Positions 16,415 through 24,856 of a stretch of 64,000 bases of DNA are shown here, piece after piece (positions within the stretch are counted from its first letter, which is position 1; every line of letters begins with the position of its first letter). A model generated the notes under the pieces. That model saw only the letters and a program-made list of their open reading frames with translations, made no database searches and was not told where the DNA came from. Position numbers and translations under genes: made by a program. The stretch covers positions 64,001-128,000 of IMG/VR virus record IMGVR_UViG_3300026549_000038; one strand, written 5' to 3'. The stretch is from a virus. Its lineage: Duplodnaviria > Caudoviricetes.

Positions 16415-16524
16415 GTAATACCCTGGTTCGGAACCTCGGTAACTACTCAGGAGTCACCGAGGGCCTACTTAAACCTAAATCGTTTTATGCGTCTAAATCG
16501 TCTCATTTTTAGTCATTTATCCTG

Positions 16525-16618
16525 TGCCGAGAGCTAGATTCGAACTAACTTACTGCGAGACCAATACGGATATTTGTTAAAGCAGAACGGTTTTACAGAC
16601 CGTCTCCGTTATCTCGGC
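16525..16618 (-). tRNA. tRNA-Tyr(GTA) lacking D arm, enlarged variable region
   Basis: GCCGAGA/TCTCGGC acceptor, ACGGT-CT-GTA-AA-ACCGT, T arm; 8-nt linker instead of D arm. Confidence 0.7.
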
Positions 16619-16628
16619 TTATGTCTTG

Positions 16629-16702
16629 TCGAGAATACAGGATTCGAACCTGTGATCAGCTGCTTCCGCAGCAGCCCGCAAAAACCACTAGCGTAATTCT
16701 CT
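16629..16702 (-). tRNA. tRNA-Pro(CGG)-like, G33
   Basis: GCTGC-TG-CGG-AA-GCAGC, G72/A73, canonical T arm. Confidence 0.6.
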
Positions 16703-16793
16703 CATACCTGCTTGTACTTCACAGGCGTGTGTATTATAAAACTTTCAAATATAGATTTTCGCGACAATCCAATCTACTCATTTTATCAATACC

Positions 16794-16870
16794 TGGTCGA
16801 GTAGCCACGATTCGAACGTGGGGTCTCTACATCCCAAATGTAGCGCCTTAACCAACTCGGCTACTACTCG
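16794..16870 (-). tRNA. tRNA-Pro(TGG), CCA encoded
   Basis: C1:G72, canonical cloverleaf. Confidence 0.95.
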
Positions 16871-16879
16871 ATAGTCTTG

Positions 16880-16952
16880 CGGGTCTGGCAGGGCACGATC
16901 CTACAACCTACTGGTTAACAGCCAGTTGCTCTACCAATTGAGCTACAGACCC
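16880..16952 (-). tRNA. tRNA-Asn(GTT)
   Basis: Cloverleaf, G73. Confidence 0.92.
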
Positions 16953-17249
16953 ATCTCTTTACCGCAATGTAAGTGATTTAATATGTAATATGTGATTGTT
17001 TTGATCTGACCTGGTGGATTAAACCACCTACATTTGCGATTAATTAACCTCTGCTATAGGGCTTCTGAGCCAACGCGAGATTATCAAATCTATTATCGTC
17101 AGATCCAATAAATGATAGCCAACTATAGCCGCGATGATCTTTCACCGAGCGTTTACAGATAGATATGTTGACTATTCTCTTCATTTTAGATAGATATTAT
17201 GTTAAAATCAAATTCTAATAAATATAATAAAACAATACAAAAAATTTAG

Positions 17250-17296
17250 TAAATTTTATAAATTTCTAAATAAATTTTATAAATTTCTAAATAAAT
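17250..17296. repeat. 21-bp AT-rich tandem duplication TAAATTTTATAAATTTCTAAA
   Basis: Two copies adjacent to the promoter at 17221-17249. Confidence 0.7.
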
Positions 17297-17307
17297 TCTA
17301 ATAATAT

Positions 17308-17391
17308 TGGTAGCGGGAGGAGGGCTCGAACCTCCGAGGCTTTCGCTGCGGCTTATGGGACCGCCCAGATACCGACTTCTGACATCCCGCT
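17308..17391 (-). tRNA. tRNA-Met(CAT), atypical (C33, extended variable arm), CCA encoded
   Basis: AGCGGGA/TCCCGCT acceptor, GCGGT-CC-CAT-AA-GCCGC. Confidence 0.75.
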
Positions 17392-17393
17392 AG

Positions 17394-17492
17394 TGGTGGG
17401 AGAAGGATTCGAACCCCCAATAGGATTTAACCGAGAATTTACCCACAACCTACTCAATGAAGATTGCCTGTCTGCCATTCCAGCACCCCACC
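17394..17492 (-). ncRNA. Leu-type tRNA body with 11-nt anticodon loop
   Basis: GGTGGGG/TCCCACC acceptor, Leu-type D loop, CAATC-TTCATTGAGTA-GGTTG, long variable arm. Confidence 0.6.
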
Positions 17493-17499
17493 TTAATTG

Positions 17500-17571
17500 T
17501 AGCCCGGGTAAGAATCGAACTTACGCTTCAAAATTTGCAATTTTGCGCTCTGCCAACTGAGCTACCGGGCC
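17500..17571 (-). tRNA. Second tRNA with GCA (Cys) anticodon, A73
   Basis: CAAAA-TT-GCA-AA-TTTTG; canonical D and T arms; lacks the Cys U73 determinant. Confidence 0.75.
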
Positions 17572-17614
17572 TGGATTGATCATTCATATCCATCCTGATC
17601 AACCGAGTACATTC

Positions 17615-17796
17615 GCAAAGATACCTTCAGAGATTTTAGAATAAAGCTGTATACGTATTAGTATAAGACTCCTGCGATTGACCTCTTCGCCACAGCACCA
17701 TGTTTGAATATATTTATATTTAGAGGTGCTGATGGGATTCGAACCCACGAATTAGGAGTTTTTTTTTTGAAGTGTAAATCCTCTCTGGTACTTCGC
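17615..17796 (-). ncRNA. Circularly permuted tRNA mimic on an extended stem (YrlA/Y RNA-like)
   Basis: T arm plus CAGCACC precede GGTGCTG plus D arm; GGAGT/ACTCC and outer GCGAAGTACC/GGTATCTTTGC pairings. Confidence 0.7.
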
Positions 17797-17973
17797 TTGA
17801 CCTTAAATCTAAAGCTCTTGACCCAATTCTAAATCTGATTATCTCGGATTTTTAAAACTAAATCTAAAGCTGAAGCTTTGGTCAATATGTTTTGTCAATA
17901 ATTTCAAAAGAACATAAGCCTTTCACTTATTCGATTACATCCGCTTAAGCGCTGTAACTTCTGCGCTCTGCAA

Positions 17974-18819
17974 CTAACCCCTGTAGAGATAATCTACAAA
18001 CTGGTTTACATCCAGATTCGGTTGTTCGACCTCCGTGTCATTTACAACCTTGAGAGCCTCGATCACTGCTGCAAGCAAGTCAGAGCGTCTGCGAAGCAAC
18101 TCTGCTCTCTCCCTCTGAGTCCACTCACCAGTAAACATCTGCTGAGTATAGTCACCGGTCTCGACTGTCTTGCTTTTGACTGTGGTCTTTGCAGTGTAGT
18201 TTGACGGAAGATGTGACGGATCCAGGTTAGGGTCCTTAAGGATAACCTCCTCCTTCTCTGTCGTACGAGTGACACCCTTGACAAGCTCGGTCTCGAATAC
18301 TCTTCTACCAGCATACTCTGAGTCGGTTGTCTCTTTCCAAACCTCGCTGTCACTACGAACAGGAATGTTTGCAAAGACGGCCTCCAGGTCCTTATTTGTA
18401 AGGATGTTCTTGAGTCTCATAAGCTCCAGAGCGGTAAGGTTTCCGAATGAGTGTCCGTTAACTACAAGCTCGGTGGTTTTTGCTCCCTTGGAGTTCGTTG
18501 ACTCAACACTGAACACGTCTGTAAGCCAGTTCTTGAACTGCTTATTGAACCAGTCAAATTTCTCGTCTACTGTGGTAGCAACTACCTGAGTACCCATCTT
18601 TGAAGGGTCCTCGAAATATCCGTCTCTCGGAACAAATGTTTTCTTGTAACCGCGAAACATCCCCTGCTTATTCTTGAAGAAGCTTGCGTAATCGGCAAAT
18701 AACCTTGCAATACCTGCGCTTGAATGCTCAACCTTGGCGAGCATAGTATTCATCTTAATGTCTCTCATAAAGCTTAAAATATCATTAGTTATGTTAATAT
18801 ATATTAAATGATGATGCAA
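17974..18819 (-). CDS. Conserved helical/beta-hairpin protein (recalled as DUF7873-like; probable start 18768)
   Basis: Pattern G..KTF.P.D, L..L...L.......IP....E.W, T.K, G.....F.G, L...V..A...N, YL.G recalled from a widespread family. Confidence 0.75.
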   Translation of the reverse strand: MHHHLIYINITNDILSFMRDIKMNTMLAKVEHSSAGIARLFADYASFFKNKQGMFRGYKKTFVPRDGYFEDPSKMGTQVVATTVDEKFDWFNKQFKNWLTDVFSVESTNSKGAKTTELVVNGHSFGNLTALELMRLKNILTNKDLEAVFANIPVRSDSEVWKETTDSEYAGRRVFETELVKGVTRTTEKEEVILKDPNLDPSHLPSNYTAKTTVKSKTVETGDYTQQMFTGEWTQRERAELLRRRSDLLAAVIEALKVVNDTEVEQPNLDVNQFVDYLYRG

Positions 18820-18828
18820 AATTTAGTT

Positions 18829-19326
18829 TTATTTAAAAGAATCTCCCAACAATTTCTCACAGGAGGAATATTTCTTCAAATGATCTTGCCAGCCTTCGAT
18901 GTGCCCGTTTTCATCTATATTCATAAGGATATAATCTCCGTATGAATCTCCATAAAGGTCCAAAATAGGAGGAACATAATACTGTTCTATGTCTTCGTCA
19001 AGCGAATGACGTATGATATTGCCGTTTTCGTCTTCAAACCAATAGGTTCCTTCATCACAAACTTTGTAATGAACATCTGCGGTGGTTCCACGAGGCCAAT
19101 TCAAAATCATGCCGGTGTCCATTTCGATCTTCAATGTCCACTTCCACGCTTTTTCTTGTTCGCTATATACAGCCAGCGGCATCCTTGGACTTTTTCCATC
19201 TTCCTGTTCTTCAAAAGATATATCTTCTTCTCCGTTTATGTCTGCATCCTCCCAATATCTAGGCAGGCAGTCGATGCAAAAATATTTAACATCTCTTTCC
19301 TGTGTTGTTTTTGTTTTTAGTTTCAT
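18829..19326 (-). CDS. Hypothetical phage protein (HYKVCDEG...YGDYI family)
   Basis: 165-aa ORF with recurring phage motifs. Confidence 0.75.
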   Translation of the reverse strand: MKLKTKTTQERDVKYFCIDCLPRYWEDADINGEEDISFEEQEDGKSPRMPLAVYSEQEKAWKWTLKIEMDTGMILNWPRGTTADVHYKVCDEGTYWFEDENGNIIRHSLDEDIEQYYVPPILDLYGDSYGDYILMNIDENGHIEGWQDHLKKYSSCEKLLGDSFK

Positions 19327-19335
19327 AACGATAAT

Positions 19336-20589
19336 TTATTTATTTGTTGATATTATATGATACAAATCATACCTAGAATCAATCAAAAGTTTATTCACTG
19401 CATCATAATCTATATGATCTTTCAGTGTAGATGTCTTTTCAAGCATCATGAGCTCTTCTCTTTCCTTATTCACAATAGACATGATTTCATCATACTCATA
19501 CTTGTGATTACGGATATCTAGCAAGAAATCCCTGTCTTTATCTCGAACCACGTTAAATCCCTCACCCCGGAGAAGCTCATTGGACATTCTCAAGAGCCGG
19601 ACACAATGCATCATATTCTTTGAGTCATAATTCTTGTTCAGATTACTCTCATACCTGACCGGATTCCTATGTGCCTCCCACTCCTTGTATTCCTTGTAGT
19701 CTTTGCAGTGAGAAGTATACCCATCTCGGTTGAAGTAAAGATAACAAATCGGTGAATCTCCCTCTTTGACAGCGGAAAGTCTTATGTCATTGGATTTGGT
19801 ATAGTCATCAGGATTCACGATTCCTTCATAACCGTAGAACTCTTTTTCCCAAATACGATTTCGTATCCGGACTGCCTCTTGAGGATCTTTGATAAGCTTG
19901 TTATATGGGTAAGGGATACTTGGATAGGGGTTACATTTTGCCCAATCTGGCAGTGCTTCAAAGTGGAAAAATGCAGCCCAATCATAGTAAACTCCATAGA
20001 CATCTTTCATATTCGGTATGTTCACTAGACCGCAGTACCTTTGGTTTAGGTGGTTGTCTTGCAGGAATTTCTTTATGGGTTGAGATCCCTGATTCTTGAA
20101 GGTATAGCAAAAATCCAGCGGATCTTTTCTCTCACTGACAGGATTAACTATCTTCTTATTCAGCCCCCTGGCTTTATATATTTGACTAATAGCGTACCCA
20201 GAAAAGCTCTTCACACATTCTTTCGAGAGAAAGAGGTCCCTATGAGAGATTATATTCTGAATCACCGGATGTACTTCTCCAACTATACAGTCCTTCGGAA
20301 CGAACAGGCTTTCCAGAACAGAAGGATTTGACTTAAGCAGCAGTTCTATCCATCTCCCGAACTCCCAATAGACAGTGTCGTGCCTGCTGTCTGAGACTTG
20401 TTCTGTGTATGTAGAACGAAGTCCGATAATCTGCTGAACCGGAGCCACGAACACACCACCTATATCTTTATCTGATGTCTCTGTGTTGAGATGGTACATG
20501 TGAGATCCGCGGACATATTCAAAAATAATCAGTTTGTTTTTTCTAAGTCCTTCTATGGTCATAACTATTAATTTATATATTATATTCAA
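19336..20589 (-). CDS. Pol-beta superfamily nucleotidyltransferase (PF10127/RlaP-like)
   Basis: RGSHMYHLNTETSDKDIGGVF, NP..LE.L, GYA..Q, YDSKNMMHCVRL. Confidence 0.88.
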   Translation of the reverse strand: MNIIYKLIVMTIEGLRKNKLIIFEYVRGSHMYHLNTETSDKDIGGVFVAPVQQIIGLRSTYTEQVSDSRHDTVYWEFGRWIELLLKSNPSVLESLFVPKDCIVGEVHPVIQNIISHRDLFLSKECVKSFSGYAISQIYKARGLNKKIVNPVSERKDPLDFCYTFKNQGSQPIKKFLQDNHLNQRYCGLVNIPNMKDVYGVYYDWAAFFHFEALPDWAKCNPYPSIPYPYNKLIKDPQEAVRIRNRIWEKEFYGYEGIVNPDDYTKSNDIRLSAVKEGDSPICYLYFNRDGYTSHCKDYKEYKEWEAHRNPVRYESNLNKNYDSKNMMHCVRLLRMSNELLRGEGFNVVRDKDRDFLLDIRNHKYEYDEIMSIVNKEREELMMLEKTSTLKDHIDYDAVNKLLIDSRYDLYHIISTNK

Positions 20590-20924
20590 TTACATGTCAA
20601 ATTTTTTGTTATGTCTTCTAAAATTTTCACGTTTTTTAGAAGTGGTTCATTATCTGTTCCATAACCAATAAGTTCTCCTTCTACAAGATACGCTTTTTGT
20701 GGGTCTGCAACTTTGTAAATCAGGCCGAGTTGCGACAATAATCCGTAAAGGGTTGAAATTTTTGCCTCATTTATCGGTGAAGGTAATATGATATTCCAGC
20801 GTTTATTGGAAAACATACACTCATAACAAGATATTCCGATTTCTTCACCTATTTGTTCGCCGCCGTGCCATATCTTTGATTTACCATCTTTTGGAAGTTC
20901 TCCAATACGTATATATTTTTTCAT
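20586..20924 (-). CDS. Hypothetical protein
   Basis: YIRIGELP...GISCY...G.G.DNEPLL motifs. Confidence 0.7.
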   Translation of the reverse strand: MKKYIRIGELPKDGKSKIWHGGEQIGEEIGISCYECMFSNKRWNIILPSPINEAKISTLYGLLSQLGLIYKVADPQKAYLVEGELIGYGTDNEPLLKNVKILEDITKNLTCN

Positions 20925-20950
20925 AAACCCAAATTCCTTGGCATTTTAGT

Positions 20951-21355
20951 TTATTCATTTTTATACATTCCTTCAGGTGCTTCAAGAGCAAGACCTAACT
21001 TTATAAGATTGCGATAGTCAAAGTGATGTGCATTGAGCCAGTCTATAGCATCGGCATTTGCACAAGGTGCATCTTCCGTACCACAAAAATCTTTTAGATA
21101 GTAATCATAATGCCTACCATTTTCGGATTCTTCAACCTCATATCCAGCACACTTAATGAAATTCTTCCGTTCTTCCTCAGTCATACTTGACATTGGACGG
21201 AGATAGGGTTTAAAAACCACATCCTCTACTTGAAAAACGAAATAATTGGCAGCATCTAAAGTATAAACATTAGAATCTTCCCCTTGAAATTTTACTCCAT
21301 ATGGCAACCTGCCACAGAGATCTTTTAGCAATAACTGTTTTTCTTCTTGTGTCAT
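20951..21355 (-). CDS. LKDLxxRLPY-family hypothetical protein (copy 1)
   Basis: Paralog of 24193..24552 and 33277..33687. Confidence 0.8.
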   Translation of the reverse strand: MTQEEKQLLLKDLCGRLPYGVKFQGEDSNVYTLDAANYFVFQVEDVVFKPYLRPMSSMTEEERKNFIKCAGYEVEESENGRHYDYYLKDFCGTEDAPCANADAIDWLNAHHFDYRNLIKLGLALEAPEGMYKNE

Positions 21356-21356
21356 G

Positions 21357-21596
21357 CTAATAGTTTTTATTTGATTCCTTGAGGGAATTAATTGCGTTTT
21401 CTGTTTTACATTCCCTGAGACAACTATTAAGTATTGTTATTTCTCTTGTGTATCTGGAATAGTTTTTACCTGGAGAGTCATTTCTTTTTTCTTTCAACTG
21501 CTTTATTACATTTTGAAGTCCTGTTTCATCACGACGCAAAATCATTTCTTTCAGATTGAAAGGTGATATTAACTGTAATGTTAGTGGTAGTATCAT
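21357..21596 (-). CDS. Hypothetical protein
   Basis: 79-aa co-oriented ORF. Confidence 0.55.
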   Translation of the reverse strand: MILPLTLQLISPFNLKEMILRRDETGLQNVIKQLKEKRNDSPGKNYSRYTREITILNSCLRECKTENAINSLKESNKNY

Positions 21597-21614
21597 AAAT
21601 AAATTATTTGTGAT

Positions 21615-22394
21615 TCATTCAACAATAGTTGTTTTTTCTTCTTTACTCGTTCTTTTCAGTGTTTTATTTTCTTTATCCCATTCGTAACCCGATGCTTCCA
21701 TTAGGCGAAAGAAAAAATCTTTTTCTTTCCGGGTTGATGGTTTAAATTTAAAGAGGTGTGGATACCATAGTGCATTACAGCAAGCATTCGTAAAAACCCA
21801 TTTTGTGTCCCATTCTGTAATAATATCTTTTGTTATGTAGCAATATGGATAAAATGCATCTTGTGATAACATTTCTTTGAATATACACATATCACCGATA
21901 TCATTTGTAAGTACATCGCCCTCTTTTGCATCAGCCGTTGTCCAAAGATGATATTTATTTTCATCTTCAAAACTAATGAAGACTTGTTCTATACTAGAAC
22001 ATCTTTCAGCCAAATATCCATCTTCTAAAGTACCATTAATAACGATATGATATGAGACATTAAAGATATAATATGAGTTGCCGTTATCATCAGCAATCCA
22101 ATCACCAACCTTGAACTTCGGCTCTAAAGTATCAACGAGAACAAGGTCGTTGATACTAAATTCAGTAATAGAATCATACTTCCCATCTTCCATCCAAGTT
22201 GTGATGAATTCAGTATCATCGTTGGCTCGCAAACCAACTATTGGATATGGTCTGTCTCTTTTATCCTTTTTATCCCAACAGATAACCCTCACAGGTTTTC
22301 CGTCCCTTGTCTGTACTTTATACCTGCCAGTATATCCGTTTTCCACCGATTGAATCTGACTCTTAAGGTTTATATTAAAATCTACTATTCTCAT
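21615..22394 (-). CDS. Hypothetical modular protein (start revised to MRIVDF)
   Basis: N-terminal ENGYxGRYKVQTRxG domain shared with 27047..28285. Confidence 0.75.
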   Translation of the reverse strand: MRIVDFNINLKSQIQSVENGYTGRYKVQTRDGKPVRVICWDKKDKRDRPYPIVGLRANDDTEFITTWMEDGKYDSITEFSINDLVLVDTLEPKFKVGDWIADDNGNSYYIFNVSYHIVINGTLEDGYLAERCSSIEQVFISFEDENKYHLWTTADAKEGDVLTNDIGDMCIFKEMLSQDAFYPYCYITKDIITEWDTKWVFTNACCNALWYPHLFKFKPSTRKEKDFFFRLMEASGYEWDKENKTLKRTSKEEKTTIVE

Positions 22395-22395
22395 A

Positions 22396-22641
22396 TTATG
22401 ATTTTTTACAATACTCCAACGAAATTGTACAGCGGTGGCCACTGCGGTCTGGTTTATCTTCTTCAAAGAAAACATACCTGCTTCGAACATTACGCTCTTC
22501 GGTTTGTGGAATTTCAGAATCAGTCAATCGCCGAGCATATATATACCATCTCCAGAACTCCTCTTCGGCTTTATGTTCTTTGTTGAATTTTTTGTGGAAC
22601 GCTATGTTTCCGTCAACTGATACTGTAAGTTCTGCTTTCAT
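22396..22641 (-). CDS. Hypothetical protein
   Basis: 81-aa ORF exactly filling the gap. Confidence 0.6.
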   Translation of the reverse strand: MKAELTVSVDGNIAFHKKFNKEHKAEEEFWRWYIYARRLTDSEIPQTEERNVRSRYVFFEEDKPDRSGHRCTISLEYCKKS

Positions 22642-22643
22642 AT

Positions 22644-23438
22644 TTAAACGGTATTAATATTGCGGTTTGTCTTCTTTTCCAGTTCTCTAAAGTCCTTTGT
22701 CTTGACCTTAGTGATAATTCTGCGGCCCATCCTGTCGAGAAGTCCCAGAGGAGCCCTAAGAACAATTCCTTCTGCTTCCAGTGTCGGGTCTTCAGAAACT
22801 GCAGAAGCAAAACCAGCCTTCACTTTTTCGATTGCTTCCTGCAGGGTCATCTCTCCGAGGTAAGGTACAACATCGATACCGAGTTTACCACAGATATCTT
22901 CTACAGCTTCTCTCCTCAGCCAGGTATCTCCAATCTTAATGTCAAAGCAGATAAACTTGAGACGATCCTTGCAATACCTTCCTCCTGCTGCCTGCATCTT
23001 CTTGCCGTATGTCTCTCCGAAGATTATACACTCGCTTTCCGGCAGAACGATGTCTGTTTTTCCTTCTCCGTACTCAGGAGCAGGCCGCTCACAGCTGAAT
23101 GCTTTAATGAGCTTATCCTTGTCTCCGAGAGATTTCAGAAGCTCTACTTCATCCGGTCTCATATTTGCTTTGTCGGTCTTGCCATGTACTTCTACATCGT
23201 AGTATTCAACTTCTGACCACTTGCCAGGCATCACTTCCGTATCTACAGTCTTTGGAATAAGGTGGATGCTTGTGCACTCTCCATCTACCTTCTCTGTTGC
23301 TTCCCACTTAGCATTGAGCTTGTCCAACAGTTCAAACTCCGGAGTAGTCAACTCAGTAGGAATAATACAATTGTAGGTAGGGCTATTTTTATCTAAATCT
23401 CGCTTAAAACACGTGTTAATTTTCGTATACCACTGCAT
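22644..23438 (-). CDS. ATP-dependent RNA ligase-like nucleotidyltransferase (Rnl2-type core)
   Basis: TEKVDG motif I, FGE, FDIK, EGIVLR, TKVK; no OB domain. Confidence 0.82.
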   Translation of the reverse strand: MQWYTKINTCFKRDLDKNSPTYNCIIPTELTTPEFELLDKLNAKWEATEKVDGECTSIHLIPKTVDTEVMPGKWSEVEYYDVEVHGKTDKANMRPDEVELLKSLGDKDKLIKAFSCERPAPEYGEGKTDIVLPESECIIFGETYGKKMQAAGGRYCKDRLKFICFDIKIGDTWLRREAVEDICGKLGIDVVPYLGEMTLQEAIEKVKAGFASAVSEDPTLEAEGIVLRAPLGLLDRMGRRIITKVKTKDFRELEKKTNRNINTV

Positions 23439-23511
23439 AATCTCTTATAGTTAATATTATGATTAAATATAACAAATATTAGAATATATTTAGTAAAATA
23501 CAGTTTTTACA

Positions 23512-23538
23512 AAAAAAGAGATGGATATCCATCTCTTT
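23512..23538 (-). terminator. Intrinsic terminator
   Basis: AAAGAGATGG/CCATCTCTTT stem with T run on minus strand. Confidence 0.7.
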
Positions 23539-23564
23539 AAGGGTCTGACACATGAGCGCAGGCT

Positions 23565-23978
23565 TTACCAAGGCTTCTCGTCAAACCTCATCCTAAGGAC
23601 GGTAGAGTTGTATCTGAGGGTGTTCTCTGGCTGATACCCCTGCGAGTGGTATACATCCACAACGCAGTTGTTCCAATTGCCATTCCTCACGGAATCGAGT
23701 GTCTTCACAGCCCTCTCATCCAGGCTTCTGGTGTTGCGGATGGTTTCTGTTGGAAGGACGCCGTTTGCAATCTTGAACTTCACAGTCATCCCATCGTTTG
23801 CGCTCTTGTCTGCGAAGCAATATACAGGAGCAATCTCCTTTGCGCCATTCACCACGACACACTCAACGCAACCATTCCTCATGGAACGAATGTTTCTAAC
23901 CTTGTAACCTACGCCTGTGAGCACATCGCTCAAAAAATTCTGTTTGTTTGTCATAATACAATTTTTAAATGTTAACAA
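23565..23978 (-). CDS. Hypothetical protein
   Basis: ORF downstream of promoter-like motif 23982-24009. Confidence 0.65.
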   Translation of the reverse strand: MLTFKNCIMTNKQNFLSDVLTGVGYKVRNIRSMRNGCVECVVVNGAKEIAPVYCFADKSANDGMTVKFKIANGVLPTETIRNTRSLDERAVKTLDSVRNGNWNNCVVDVYHSQGYQPENTLRYNSTVLRMRFDEKPW

Positions 23979-24006
23979 AGATATATAACAACCTTTACGA
24001 AAAAAT

Positions 24007-24171
24007 TTAATCGTTCACCGGAAAATTTTTACCCCAGTTATTTTCATATGCTATAGATACATTCAACGAATCCTGAGGTGTCATAGCGACATTTGTACTT
24101 TTAACTTTTTGTTTGTTAGAACATGCCGCCAATATTATTACACACACTATTATAGTTAAAATCCTCTTCAT
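24007..24171 (-). CDS. Small lipoprotein (54 aa)
   Basis: MKRILTIIVCVIILAA-C lipobox. Confidence 0.6.
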   Translation of the reverse strand: MKRILTIIVCVIILAACSNKQKVKSTNVAMTPQDSLNVSIAYENNWGKNFPVND

Positions 24172-24192
24172 GTAAAATCTTGTGACAATGTT

Positions 24193-24552
24193 TTATTTCT
24201 CTGTATACATCCCCTTTGGTGCTTCCAATGCCAATCCTTTTTCAATCAATCCACGATAGTCAAAGTGATGAGCATTCATCCAATCAGCAAATTCCCACGC
24301 ATCAAGAGACTTATTGAATATCTTATTATACTCCTTTAGCTCTTTCTTGGTTATACTTTCCCTTGGTCTGAGATAGGGTTTAATTACTAATCCACCAACA
24401 TTAGGTATATATTGAACTAAACTATATACCATTGGGTCTAATATCTGATTATATGCTTCTCCTGTATCAGAATTCTTATAACTTACGACCACCTGATAAG
24501 GCAACCTTGCAGAAAGGTCCTTTAACAATAAATTTTTATCTTCCTGTGTCAT
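24193..24552 (-). CDS. LKDLxxRLPY-family hypothetical protein (copy 2)
   Basis: KPYLRP and HHFDYRGLI..GLALEAP motifs. Confidence 0.8.
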   Translation of the reverse strand: MTQEDKNLLLKDLSARLPYQVVVSYKNSDTGEAYNQILDPMVYSLVQYIPNVGGLVIKPYLRPRESITKKELKEYNKIFNKSLDAWEFADWMNAHHFDYRGLIEKGLALEAPKGMYTEK

Positions 24553-24560
24553 AGCTGTTT

Positions 24561-24797
24561 TTAACTATTTTCTTCATCATCCTCATCTTCATAGGTATCC
24601 ACATCTTCAGCAGCCATTTTCAGTCTCTCTGATAGTTCCTTGATATAATTTACTAGAGATTCTTTATCGTAGCACCGAGAATAAGCTCCTCTCTGGCAAT
24701 TCTCTATTTCATACTGTAGGTTGTAGATATCGCCCAAAACTTCTAAAACTTCCTGGAAATCGTCTTCATTCCAGCCATCGTAGTATTTTATGCTCAT
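24561..24797 (-). CDS. Acidic hypothetical protein
   Basis: 78-aa co-oriented ORF. Confidence 0.6.
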   Translation of the reverse strand: MSIKYYDGWNEDDFQEVLEVLGDIYNLQYEIENCQRGAYSRCYDKESLVNYIKELSERLKMAAEDVDTYEDEDDEENS

Positions 24798-24856
24798 AAT
24801 ATTCGATTTAATGTTTATTTACTGTTTACAATAATTGGAACCATCGTTTGTGTCTT

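Noticed and set aside
7938-16851. Track ORFs overlapping RNA genes (7938, 10941, 12033, 12472, 14691, 15473, 15859, 16621)
   Set aside because: They overlap tRNAs or structured RNAs and show no protein motifs
17044-17184. 46-aa ORF with tag-like DNLALA
   Set aside because: Resemblance to an SsrA tag is weak and not terminal; coding status unsupported
17615-17975. tmRNA
   Set aside because: No G3:U70 or ACCA end, full D stem present, no convincing tag frame
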